Shown piece by piece: positions 43,919 to 51,453 of a DNA stretch of 51,453 nt. The first letter of the stretch is position 1, and the number at the start of each line of letters is the position of its first letter. The notes under the pieces are model-generated. The model saw nothing but the letters and a program-made list of their open reading frames with translations, had not been told where the DNA came from and made no database searches. The stretch covers positions 1-51,453 of the IMG/VR virus record IMGVR_UViG_3300032236_000307; one strand, written 5' to 3'. The DNA is from a virus (taxonomy: Duplodnaviria; Caudoviricetes). A program made the position numbers and the translations under genes.

Positions 43919-44554
43919 ATGGACAAGCTGGAAGAGTTGCACTACTTCACCACCCCGATTTATTCGATAGTCAAGCCTGAGTTCTTGGAGCCCATCCGGG
44001 CGCTGTCTGCGAAGTATTTGGAGCACTCCAAAGAGGTCATGAAGGCTGACCGACCAATGACGGTGATGACGAACAACTTTTCGTTGGAGCCAGAGGCCGC
44101 AGACTTTGCGCAATACGTTTCACAGACTGCATGGAACATCCTGAACGCTCAAGGGTATGACATGGACAAGCTGGTGACTTACTTCACCGAGATGTGGACG
44201 CAGGAGCACAACTTCCATTCCAGCATGGATACCCATGTGCATGGAGGCGGAACACAAGTCAGCGCGTTTTACTTTTTGGAAGTCCCAGAGAACGCATGCA
44301 AGTTGATTATTCACGATCCACGGCCTGCCAAGGTCATCATTGACTTGCCAGAGAAGGACGACACCAAAGTCAGCCCAGCATCTCGCATGATCGTGTTTAC
44401 GCCGCAGGAGGGCACGTTGTTTTTTGCACCTGCATGGTTACCTCACCAGTTCACTCGCAACATGAATCCTGAGAAGCCTGTGCGCTTTGTACACATGAAC
44501 TTGTCAGTGACATTGGCACCGCATCAGCACGAGCCAGATGTGGAGGTGATATGA
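43919..44554 (+). CDS. 2OG-Fe(II) oxygenase (TIGR02466-like)
   Basis: GGAG RBS before ATG 43919; MWTQ, HVHGG, SAFYFL, HDPRP, PAWLPH. Confidence 0.85.
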   Translation: MDKLEELHYFTTPIYSIVKPEFLEPIRALSAKYLEHSKEVMKADRPMTVMTNNFSLEPEAADFAQYVSQTAWNILNAQGYDMDKLVTYFTEMWTQEHNFHSSMDTHVHGGGTQVSAFYFLEVPENACKLIIHDPRPAKVIIDLPEKDDTKVSPASRMIVFTPQEGTLFFAPAWLPHQFTRNMNPEKPVRFVHMNLSVTLAPHQHEPDVEVI

Positions 44555-44781
44555 AATTCAGAAAGAAGCCTGTGGTCATTGAGGCCACCCAGTGGTTCAA
44601 GATGGGCGACCATCCGAAAGTTGTTATTGAGTTTGAGGGAAAACCAATGCCGCCTTATGTCTGGACTCTTGAGGGTTTGATGCAAGTTAACCCCGGCGAC
44701 TGGATCATTACTGGCGTGAAGGGTGAACACTACCCATGCAAGCCCGACATCTTTGAGATGACCTATGAGGCTGTAGAGTGA
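44551..44781 (+). CDS. Small phage protein, KFRKKPVVIEA family (copy 1)
   Basis: MKFRKKPVVIEA...TLEG...GDWIITGVKGEHYPCKPDIF. Confidence 0.8.
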   Translation: MKFRKKPVVIEATQWFKMGDHPKVVIEFEGKPMPPYVWTLEGLMQVNPGDWIITGVKGEHYPCKPDIFEMTYEAVE

Positions 44782-45011
44782 AGTTCAGAATCAGATTCAA
44801 CAAGACCGCCGGGCAACCCGGCAGGGGCACCATCGATCACAAGTGGAGAGTGTTCGACGAGACTGGCAAAGAGTTCCTTTGCAAGAATGTTTGGTTGCTG
44901 ACCAAAGCATGGACAGCAGAAGATCCCAACGGGCACGATTGGAATTTTGTTGTTGAAGGTGTGATGCACATCAATCGAGCAGACTCCACAATCACTATTT
45001 CAGAAGTCTAA
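44778..45011 (+). CDS. Hypothetical protein
   Basis: GTG start coupled to the upstream stop; IRFNK..GRGT..H.WRVF. Confidence 0.65.
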   Translation: MKFRIRFNKTAGQPGRGTIDHKWRVFDETGKEFLCKNVWLLTKAWTAEDPNGHDWNFVVEGVMHINRADSTITISEV

Positions 45012-45025
45012 TTTTGTGTTAGACT
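45007..45025 (+). promoter_or_regulatory. Phage promoter motif
   Basis: TCTAATTTTGTGTTAGACT. Confidence 0.6.
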
Positions 45026-45059
45026 CCTCCTACCACAACGTGTGGGTATAGGAGGTCAA

Positions 45060-45353
45060 ATGAGACTGATGACGGAAGAGGAAACAGAGATTGCAGTTGC
45101 CAAGCACACCCGGCGACGCAGTACGTTTGAAGAGGAAGGGCTGAGTGCTGACGACGCATGGCATTTGGCTGACAGACTGTGGGAGAGGGATGCTGATCCA
45201 TTCGACGACAGACGTGTGTGCTTCGAGTGCAAGAAGTACGACGCAAAGAACAAAACATGCCCTAAGTATGTTGATCGTTGGGACAGACCACAGCGCCCAC
45301 CACGCTTCACCTTGCAACGATGCCCATGGTTTGAATTGAAGGGGAAGAAATGA
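45060..45353 (+). CDS. Hypothetical protein with Cys cluster (DDRRVCFEC..C..RC)
   Basis: AGGAGG RBS before ATG 45060. Confidence 0.7.
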   Translation: MRLMTEEETEIAVAKHTRRRSTFEEEGLSADDAWHLADRLWERDADPFDDRRVCFECKKYDAKNKTCPKYVDRWDRPQRPPRFTLQRCPWFELKGKK

Positions 45354-45586
45354 CACAAGATGAAATTATTGAGATGTGGAACAGCGTTATTAAATACGCA
45401 CCAAGCGAAGTGCGTCTTGAAGCTTTTTCCAAACTGATAGCCGCCAAAGAACGTGAAGCCTGTGCAAAGGTTGCTGATCAAATCAGCAACAAATATGGTT
45501 ATGGATATTACGGCAATGAAGTAGATACAGCAGTAGATACGGCAGATGAAATTGCCACCGCCATCAGAGCCAGAGGTGAAGCATGA
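45350..45586 (+). CDS. Hypothetical protein (MTQDEII...IRARG cassette, copy 1)
   Basis: Translationally coupled; paralogous to the next gene. Confidence 0.7.
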   Translation: MTQDEIIEMWNSVIKYAPSEVRLEAFSKLIAAKEREACAKVADQISNKYGYGYYGNEVDTAVDTADEIATAIRARGEA

Positions 45587-45807
45587 CACAAGATGAAATC
45601 ATTGAGATGGCTAGACAAGCTGGAATTATTGCTATCCACACCGACGGAGATGGTAATTGGCATCAGCAATTTGTTGCTCTTGAAGCCTTTGCCAAACTGG
45701 TAGCCGCCAAAGAACGCGAAAAGTTTTGTGTATTGTTGCGGCAATTCCATGACTCTATTTCATTGGCAAGTGACCCAAGCACAATTAAAGCCAGAGGTGA
45801 AGCATGA
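45583..45807 (+). CDS. Hypothetical protein (MTQDEII...IKARG cassette, copy 2)
   Basis: Translationally coupled; paralogous to the previous gene. Confidence 0.7.
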   Translation: MTQDEIIEMARQAGIIAIHTDGDGNWHQQFVALEAFAKLVAAKEREKFCVLLRQFHDSISLASDPSTIKARGEA

Positions 45808-46253
45808 GAGTCCTTGGTATTGACCCCGGCCTATCTGGCGCATATGTTCTGTTGGACAACGGCACACCAGTCATATGGGAGCGCATGCCGACCTACATGG
45901 TGGGCAAGAACAATCGAATCAACACCGCCGCATTGGCATCGCTGTTTCGATTCCTCGACGCTGACAAAGCGGTGATTGAGCAAGTGGGTGCCATGCCCGG
46001 TCAAGGTGTCACCAGCATGTTCACCTTCGGACACGCCGTGGGAAGCGTCATGGGCGTGCTAGGAGCCCTCGAAATACCTGTGAGCAGTGTTACCCCTCAG
46101 GTGTGGAAAAAGGCCGCTGGAGTCAACGGCAAAGACAAAGACGAAGCAAGATCAAAGGCGTTGCAGTTATGGCCTCAATGGCGTGAACTCGACAAAAAAG
46201 GTGCAGGTCAGGCATTTGCAGATGCCGCGTTAATAGGGAGATATGGACAATGA
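45804..46253 (+). CDS. ruvC: RuvC-like Holliday junction resolvase
   Basis: VLGIDPGLSGA, VIEQV, SMFTFG, PQVWKK, ADAALI. Confidence 0.85.
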   Translation: MRVLGIDPGLSGAYVLLDNGTPVIWERMPTYMVGKNNRINTAALASLFRFLDADKAVIEQVGAMPGQGVTSMFTFGHAVGSVMGVLGALEIPVSSVTPQVWKKAAGVNGKDKDEARSKALQLWPQWRELDKKGAGQAFADAALIGRYGQ

Positions 46254-46459
46254 GCACATTCAACAAACCAACAAACCCACCAGCATTCCCCCAACCAAAT
46301 ATGCAATATGACGAAGATAGAGGCATAACCTTGCGTGATTACTTTGCGGCAAAGGCTATGCAGGGAATGATGCACGATGTATCGCAACCTGTTGGCGAAG
46401 TAATTGCTGAATGGGCTTATCAAGTTGCAGACGCAATGTTGAAAGCGAAAGAAGCATGA
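46250..46459 (+). CDS. Hypothetical protein (GxTLRDYFAAKAMQ family)
   Basis: PAFP..GITLRDYFAAKAMQG..AYQVADAML. Confidence 0.75.
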   Translation: MSTFNKPTNPPAFPQPNMQYDEDRGITLRDYFAAKAMQGMMHDVSQPVGEVIAEWAYQVADAMLKAKEA

Positions 46460-46647
46460 GCGAAGAAGACTACATTGAAATGAGAATTCTCCCTGAACTA
46501 TCTGACTGGCAGTGCTACATGTTTGGCAATAGACCGGGCTATTTGGGCATTGTGTACCGCCCAAGAAAAGGCAGGGTTCCAAATTTGTTTGTGCGCTGGA
46601 TGATGCGCATTTGTTTTGATTGTTTGTGGGTAAAGGATAAGAAATGA
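46456..46647 (+). CDS. Hypothetical protein
   Basis: ATGA coupling at both ends. Confidence 0.6.
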   Translation: MSEEDYIEMRILPELSDWQCYMFGNRPGYLGIVYRPRKGRVPNLFVRWMMRICFDCLWVKDKK

Positions 46648-46916
46648 AATTCAGAAAGAAACCCGTAGTGATCGAAGCTACTCAGTGGTTCAAGATGGGT
46701 GACCATCATGCCGTCATGCCGGGTTGGTCTTTGATGGAAAGCGGCAAGAAGGAATATTTTTTCTTTGTCAATACTTTGGAAGGTCAAATGAAAGTTAATT
46801 ACGGCGACTGGATCATCACTGGCGTGAAGGGTGAACACTACCCATGCAAGCCTGACATTTTTGAGATGACCTACGAACCAGTTGAGATGACGTTTGAGCA
46901 CAGGAGCTACCCATGA
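46644..46916 (+). CDS. Small phage protein, KFRKKPVVIEA family (copy 2)
   Basis: Near-identical termini to 44551..44781. Confidence 0.8.
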   Translation: MKFRKKPVVIEATQWFKMGDHHAVMPGWSLMESGKKEYFFFVNTLEGQMKVNYGDWIITGVKGEHYPCKPDIFEMTYEPVEMTFEHRSYP

Positions 46917-47170
46917 CTGAGAAAAAAGAAATGAGCCAACTTGCTCGGCAACTGCTGGGTGGTTCCGGCGCGGTGACATTTTTCACCCAAGCTGAGTTCG
47001 ACGAGGCGCTGGCGCTGGCAAAGGCAGAGATCATGACCGTGGCTATTGAGACCACAAAGCGAGCCATCATGATCGAGCGAGAGGAGTGCGCCAAGCTCGC
47101 CGACGAGTGCGTGGACATTGAAAAGCTAGGCGACGCAATCCGTAACCGCATACCAACACAGAGGCAATGA
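46913..47170 (+). CDS. Hypothetical protein
   Basis: AGGAG RBS; EREECAK motif. Confidence 0.65.
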   Translation: MTEKKEMSQLARQLLGGSGAVTFFTQAEFDEALALAKAEIMTVAIETTKRAIMIEREECAKLADECVDIEKLGDAIRNRIPTQRQ

Positions 47171-47391
47171 TGGGATTCAGAGACACATTTGGCAAAGTCA
47201 TGCGGGAAGTCACCCGCACCAAAACCATCCGGGAAATCATCGCGGCGGAACTGCGCGAGGCCCACAAGAAAAAGTTGGAAGCGGAGTCCGGGGTCGAATA
47301 CGCCCGGTCAATCGTCCAGTACAACGAGCAACGCATCCAGCGCCTGCAAAAGCGCCTACTGGAGCACACCGAAGAAGGAGACTACACATGA
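47167..47391 (+). CDS. Hypothetical coiled-coil protein
   Basis: Translationally coupled ORF. Confidence 0.6.
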   Translation: MMGFRDTFGKVMREVTRTKTIREIIAAELREAHKKKLEAESGVEYARSIVQYNEQRIQRLQKRLLEHTEEGDYT

Positions 47392-47729
47392 ACCAAAAGG
47401 ACATCAACGATGCAGTGGACTACCTGTACACCCATGGTGCCAAGTATGCTGAGGCCAAAGCACAGCGCGTCTACCTCGAAGAGTTCCGCAAAAGCCAGAA
47501 GGCCATGCTGATGATCACCGCCAAGGTCAGTGGCAAGGCCAAATCCGAGGCGGCGGCAGAAACAGAAGCATATGCAGACCCAGCCTATGTCGAGATCCTC
47601 AAGGGCCTACAGGTGGCTGTAGAGCAGGAAGAAGCCTTGCGGTGGGGGTTGGTGTCGGCGCAGGCCAGAATCGACGTGTGGCGCTCGCAGGAGGCCAGCA
47701 ACAGGGCATTCGACAAGGCGGTGACATGA
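47388..47729 (+). CDS. Hypothetical helical protein
   Basis: AGGAG RBS; LEEFRKS..EAYA..IDVWRSQEA. Confidence 0.7.
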   Translation: MNQKDINDAVDYLYTHGAKYAEAKAQRVYLEEFRKSQKAMLMITAKVSGKAKSEAAAETEAYADPAYVEILKGLQVAVEQEEALRWGLVSAQARIDVWRSQEASNRAFDKAVT

Positions 47730-47854
47730 CAGACACACAAATGGCTTTATTGCTTGCCAACATCTGGCTTGCTCGGCATGCAGGCGAAGGATATTCGGGG
47801 TGCATGGCCCTGTTGTTTTTGTTTTTAGGGCTTTACAAAGGGTGGTTTGCATGA
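47726..47854 (+). CDS. Small hydrophobic protein
   Basis: ATGA coupling at both ends. Confidence 0.5.
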   Translation: MTDTQMALLLANIWLARHAGEGYSGCMALLFLFLGLYKGWFA

Positions 47855-48126
47855 ACGGCTCCTACAACAAGGATGAGCGAGCATGGGTGCATCTGGTGAA
47901 GGAGCAACCCTGCTCTGTATGCGGCACGCCCGGCCCATCGGACGCACATCACATCAAACAGGGCAAACACTACACCTGCGTGGCCCTGTGCAAGTCCTGC
48001 CACCAAGGCGCAAAGATGGGCTGGCACGGCGAAAAGCGAGCATGGGCAATTGCCAAGATGGACGAGCTTGATGCCCTAAATGAAACTATAAGAAACATAA
48101 GTACTACTAATCGGATTAGTAGTTAA
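47851..48126 (+). CDS. Zn-binding HNH/Ref/DUF968-like small nuclease-fold protein
   Basis: PCSVCG..DAHH..VALCKSCHQG..GWH. Confidence 0.7.
   Translation: MNGSYNKDERAWVHLVKEQPCSVCGTPGPSDAHHIKQGKHYTCVALCKSCHQGAKMGWHGEKRAWAIAKMDELDALNETIRNISTTNRISS
48105..48121. promoter_or_regulatory. 17-bp palindrome TACTAATC-G-GATTAGTA (copy 4)
   Basis: Perfect inverted repeat extending to ACTACTAATC-G-GATTAGTAGT; about 60 nt upstream of a promoter motif. Confidence 0.7.
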
Positions 48127-48181
48127 GCCAAACAGCATTAGGGTTTTCAGATGAAAATATTTTGCTCCCGCGCTCACAGAC

Positions 48182-48234
48182 TCTAACTTCGTGTTATAGT
48201 TCTCTCACTGCCAACGAGGCAGGTTTAACAGGAG
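48182..48234 (+). promoter_or_regulatory. Promoter plus leader plus RBS cassette (copy 1)
   Basis: TCTAACTTCGTGTTATAGT-TCTCTCACTGC..GCAGGTTTAACAGGAG. Confidence 0.7.
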
Positions 48235-48241
48235 ATTCCAA

Positions 48242-48559
48242 ATGACTGAAGTTCAAGCCACCATCCAAGCTCTCGCAACTGTTGAGAGCATCACCAACGA
48301 CATCGACACACTTGCCGTGTTGGATCGTCAACAAAAAGCTTTGACCGCTCAGGTCAAGACCCTCAAAGACAACATTGCCAACACCTACGGTGACGGCAAG
48401 CACCGTGGCGAAAAGTACGGCGTGACTATCAGCATCGCCAACGTCAAGGGCTCCGTCGATTACGACGCACTGTGCGCCCACTTCGGCATCACCGAAGAGC
48501 AACTCAACTCCTTCCGCAAAGAAGGCTCCTCACGCATCACTGTGACACCCACTGTTTAA
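48242..48559 (+). CDS. Hypothetical protein
   Basis: AGGAG RBS; strong codon bias. Confidence 0.75.
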   Translation: MTEVQATIQALATVESITNDIDTLAVLDRQQKALTAQVKTLKDNIANTYGDGKHRGEKYGVTISIANVKGSVDYDALCAHFGITEEQLNSFRKEGSSRITVTPTV

Positions 48560-48571
48560 GGAGAGCCAATC

Positions 48572-48718
48572 ATGCAAACACTCGTCGGATTTTGGATTTT
48601 CAGCCGCCGCTCCAGCTTGATGGGCGGTACATACCAAGTTTTTTATGCGGACGACGGATTTGGCGAATTGACACCAATCGCATTTCCAGTTCACGCCATC
48701 AACACAGCCAACCAATAA
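48572..48718 (+). CDS. Small hypothetical protein (48 aa, not in the ORF track)
   Basis: AGGAG RBS; followed by a GGGGC-TTCG-GCCCC hairpin. Confidence 0.55.
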   Translation: MQTLVGFWIFSRRSSLMGGTYQVFYADDGFGELTPIAFPVHAINTANQ

Positions 48719-48755
48719 ACCAACGGGGCTTCGGCCCCTCACAAAGGAACCCATC

Positions 48756-49166
48756 ATGGATAAAAACATTGCCGCGATCTTGCGCGAAGACACCAAGACC
48801 ATCAAGATTCAATTCAACAACGAGAACGGCACAGTTAGTCGTGATTACACCTATGTCACACACCTTGATGTGCATATCGGAAATTTTGTCATAGTGCCTG
48901 TTGGCAATTTTGATTTGTGGAAGATTGGAGAAGTTGTTCAAGTAGATGATGAACTCAACATTGAGCCCAACGCAGACATCAAATACAAATGGGTGGTTGA
49001 TGTGGTGGATGTGAAAGCCGCACACGAAAACCAACAACGCAACAAAGAGATTGAAAACATGTTGGCCCAGTCATATCACCGCAACGCACGTCAAGCCTAT
49101 GCACAGCAATTCTTGTCTGGCGCTGATCCCAAGGTACTGGCTTTGGTTAAAGGAGACAAGTCATGA
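48756..49166 (+). CDS. Hypothetical protein
   Basis: AAGGA RBS; YTYV..GNFVIVP..YKWVVDVVD. Confidence 0.75.
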   Translation: MDKNIAAILREDTKTIKIQFNNENGTVSRDYTYVTHLDVHIGNFVIVPVGNFDLWKIGEVVQVDDELNIEPNADIKYKWVVDVVDVKAAHENQQRNKEIENMLAQSYHRNARQAYAQQFLSGADPKVLALVKGDKS

Positions 49167-49447
49167 AAATCAAGCAAACCATTCACGTCCACTTTTCAAA
49201 GTGGGATTTTGAAGAAACAGGTGAGTACGTCATCTACAGCCACAAATTTGAAGACACCGACTTTCGGGCTCACATTTGCGAATGCGAAATTGAAATTGAA
49301 ATACCGGATGACTTTGATCCTCGCCCACAACAAATTGCTGCGCTGGAACAAAAAAAGCAAGAGGCTATGGCTGAATATCAAAACACCCTGACTGAAATCA
49401 ACGAGCGCATCAGCAGGTTGCAAGCCATCACCTACACAAAGGACTAA
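49163..49447 (+). CDS. Hypothetical protein
   Basis: AGGAG RBS; C-terminal coiled coil. Confidence 0.7.
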   Translation: MKIKQTIHVHFSKWDFEETGEYVIYSHKFEDTDFRAHICECEIEIEIPDDFDPRPQQIAALEQKKQEAMAEYQNTLTEINERISRLQAITYTKD

Positions 49448-49450
49448 ACC

Positions 49451-49567
49451 ATGTTTGACATCGAGCACTACAAGAAACCCACAGACTGGGCCCAGATTGC
49501 CATGTATGCGGTGTCAGTCATCGCTATCATCGTCGTGGTATTAGATGTCCTGTACTGGCGGAGGTAA
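49451..49567 (+). CDS. Small membrane protein (38 aa)
   Basis: AAGGA RBS; single TM ending LDVLYWRR. Confidence 0.55.
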   Translation: MFDIEHYKKPTDWAQIAMYAVSVIAIIVVVLDVLYWRR

Positions 49568-49569
49568 CC

Positions 49570-49698
49570 ATGGAAAGTCTTATCACCACCATCATCACCT
49601 TGATCATTCTGTTTTTGATGCTTGCCGGCATGGTATTCATTGGGTTGATCATCTTTGTGAACTTCGTTCTGTACGCCCAAGAGGAGGACAAAAAATGA
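49570..49698 (+). CDS. Small membrane protein (42 aa)
   Basis: GGAGG RBS; long hydrophobic stretch. Confidence 0.55.
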   Translation: MESLITTIITLIILFLMLAGMVFIGLIIFVNFVLYAQEEDKK

Positions 49699-50024
49699 CC
49701 AGAGAAGAAATGTTGGCCCAAATTGCCGAGATGAAAACCATGCAGGATCGACTCAATCCCCGCATCTCAAGATTCATGGAGCGCCTGCTGGACAACTACG
49801 ATGAGGACATGGTGCTGAACATTGCCACGCATATTGGCATCACCATGCTGGCGTGGTGCCTGCTGGTGGTGGAAGACCGAGGTGTCGATCCAGATGACTA
49901 CATGCATGCGGTGCTGGCTGGGCTGGCGCTCAAACACACCGAGGGCCGCGCCGGGGTGCAGGCGGACGAGGCCATCACCAAAGCCAGCATCACCAGCGGG
50001 TTCACCTGCCGACCAAGACACTAG
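49695..50024 (+). CDS. Hypothetical protein
   Basis: GAGGAGG RBS before ATG 49695. Confidence 0.65.
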   Translation: MTREEMLAQIAEMKTMQDRLNPRISRFMERLLDNYDEDMVLNIATHIGITMLAWCLLVVEDRGVDPDDYMHAVLAGLALKHTEGRAGVQADEAITKASITSGFTCRPRH

Positions 50025-50048
50025 GGAAAACACCTAAACATCTAACTA

Positions 50049-50102
50049 TCTAACTTTGTGTTATAGTTCTTTCACTGCAATGAAGCAGGTTTAAATCAGG
50101 AG
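50049..50102 (+). promoter_or_regulatory. Promoter plus leader plus RBS cassette (copy 2)
   Basis: TCTAACTTTGTGTTATAGT-TCTTTCACTGC..GCAGGTTTAAATCAGGAG; upstream TAGGGAAAACACCTA inverted repeat (50022-36). Confidence 0.7.
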
Positions 50103-50108
50103 AACGAA

Positions 50109-50306
50109 ATGGAAGACAAGTCAATCATGATCAAAACCCGAGAGGGCAATCGCACCATTTTCATCGACGAGTACACCGACAAAGAGATTTGGATCAGCAT
50201 TCAAGTAGCAGGCGGTGGTGCCAGCACATCAATGACCGTAGAGCAGGCCAAGCAAATGATTGCCGGCCTAACCAAATTCGTAGAAAACATGGAGGTAACA
50301 GCATGA
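50109..50306 (+). CDS. Hypothetical protein
   Basis: AGGAG RBS. Confidence 0.7.
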   Translation: MEDKSIMIKTREGNRTIFIDEYTDKEIWISIQVAGGGASTSMTVEQAKQMIAGLTKFVENMEVTA

Positions 50307-50512
50307 CACGCAAACCAACGGCACCAAAGGCCGCGCCAACTGAAGAGAAGCAGTACCGCATGCCTGCGGAGGTACACGACTGGATAGAGCAGGCCAACAG
50401 CCTGATCAAGTACCAAAAGAACGAGATCGCCGAACTGAAAGCGGAACTGAAGGAACTCAAGTCATACAAGGCATGGGCATCCAAGCGGCTCACACAGGCA
50501 GATTTTGAATAA
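50303..50512 (+). CDS. Hypothetical coiled-coil protein
   Basis: GGAGG RBS before ATG 50303. Confidence 0.65.
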   Translation: MTRKPTAPKAAPTEEKQYRMPAEVHDWIEQANSLIKYQKNEIAELKAELKELKSYKAWASKRLTQADFE

Positions 50513-50970
50513 TGATTGAAGTATTGAAACTGGCGCTAAAAGCGTTGAATGCTGGCGAACATGCTCATTTGATTATGAACACAGATGGTATTAAAGACAA
50601 AGTGCGCCAAGCCATCAAAGAGTTGCAAAGCCAAGAGCCTGTGGCGTGGTTGGTAACAGGTATTACGCCCTTATTTAATGGTGAAGTTATGTTTTATACA
50701 TTCAAACCAACACACAAGAATCCAGAATGGTGGCGGATTGAACCCCTCTACACCCACCCACCACAACACACAGAGCAAGAGCCTGCGGCAGATGATTTTT
50801 TTAGGATGATTGCAGATAGCAACCCAAAGCCTTTTCCACCACCACAGCGCACATGGGTAGGACTGACGGATGATGACGAGATTTTGGCAATCAGCAACAC
50901 CATGCCTTATGCGGATCGTTTTGAATTTGCCAGAGCGATTGAAGCCAAACTCAAGGAGAAGAACACATGA
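50512..50970 (+). CDS. Hypothetical mosaic protein (QEPVAW / PLYTHPP / WVGLT / AIEAKLKEKN modules)
   Basis: Translationally coupled; short modular motifs common in proteobacterial phage accessory genes. Confidence 0.7.
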   Translation: MIEVLKLALKALNAGEHAHLIMNTDGIKDKVRQAIKELQSQEPVAWLVTGITPLFNGEVMFYTFKPTHKNPEWWRIEPLYTHPPQHTEQEPAADDFFRMIADSNPKPFPPPQRTWVGLTDDDEILAISNTMPYADRFEFARAIEAKLKEKNT

Positions 50971-51176
50971 TCGACGATAAATACGGCGAACTGGCGGAGC
51001 GCCATGCCAAGGCGTTGGATGAATCAATGAAGAAAATAACTGACGATGCTTGCAACAGAGTTGAAGGGTACAGCGACCTGACACCAGCAGAACAGGAGTT
51101 CGTCAAGCGAGCGGCAATTTTGAATGTAGGTTTGCACTTTGGTGGGTTTAACAAGGAGAAGAACAATGGCAACTAA
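50967..51176 (+). CDS. Hypothetical protein
   Basis: AAGGAG RBS. Confidence 0.6.
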   Translation: MIDDKYGELAERHAKALDESMKKITDDACNRVEGYSDLTPAEQEFVKRAAILNVGLHFGGFNKEKNNGN

Positions 51177-51348
51177 TGCAAGAAGCGAAGGCTCGGAATA
51201 CCCTAGCCGTGAAGATGTCCAGCGTATGCAAGACGAGGAAGACCGTGACACACGGGATTGGAATCGCCGCGAAGACAAGATAAGAGATTATTTGCGCAAT
51301 CACCCGTCAGACTCATACGCCGAAGCTGAGTACAGAACAAGACGGTAA
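51166..51348 (+). CDS. Small charged hypothetical protein
   Basis: AAGGAG RBS before ATG 51166. Confidence 0.55.
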   Translation: MATNARSEGSEYPSREDVQRMQDEEDRDTRDWNRREDKIRDYLRNHPSDSYAEAEYRTRR

Positions 51349-51453
51349 CCAAAGCTGTACATCAACACCTGACCAGATGTAAACTCCAGTCCTATGCGCT
51401 GAAAGGATTGCGCCATGAAAGGACTGAAATATGACCGAGCAAAACAAGTTAGC

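Noticed and set aside
1-51453. Alternative genetic code / stop-codon reassignment
   Set aside because: Genes tile densely under the standard code, long genes are uninterrupted and there is no suppressor tRNA.
51431-51453. Start of a further gene (possibly terminase small subunit)
   Set aside because: Only 7 codons lie in the window, so no product can be supported.
1-51453. Integrated prophage with host flanks
   Set aside because: No integrase, att-like duplication or bacterial housekeeping genes are seen; the whole window looks phage-derived.

Overview
This window holds about 51 kb of a tailed dsDNA phage genome, most likely a short-tailed (podovirus-type) phage of a Gram-negative host; freshwater Betaproteobacteria is a guess from the gene repertoire. 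On the + strand, 1-35 kb is the virion/lysis module: portal, GroES, scaffold, decoration and major capsid proteins, small basic xxGG-motif proteins, adaptors, tail fibres, a lysis cassette (Rz/Rz1, GH19 endolysin), nozzle and internal/ejection proteins. The - strand at 35.1-38.8 kb is an early operon (SSB-like, lipoprotein, DUF2829/Tad2-like, PD-(D/E)XK exonuclease, SPFH). The + strand from 38.9 to 51.4 kb carries a Cro-like HTH, ParB-like protein, SF2 helicase, primase, a non-coding RNA block with two tRNAs, a 2OG oxygenase, a RuvC-like resolvase and many small accessory genes. No terminase, integrase, DNA polymerase, reverse transcriptase or CRISPR array is visible. The main unexplained signals are: (1) a 740-nt array of alternating hairpin cassettes with constant stems and variable cargo, placed before the tRNAs; (2) a perfect 17-bp palindrome TACTAATC-N-GATTAGTA inside four distant coding sequences, one of them the ParB-like gene; (3) an x-[AKD]-x-GG motif repeated about 25-30 times in virion-module proteins, plus a duplicated DG(D/E)YV domain that could read or cleave it; (4) a Tad2-like anti-defence protein whose tail resembles the scaffold C-terminus. 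All family assignments come from motif recognition by eye, not database searches.
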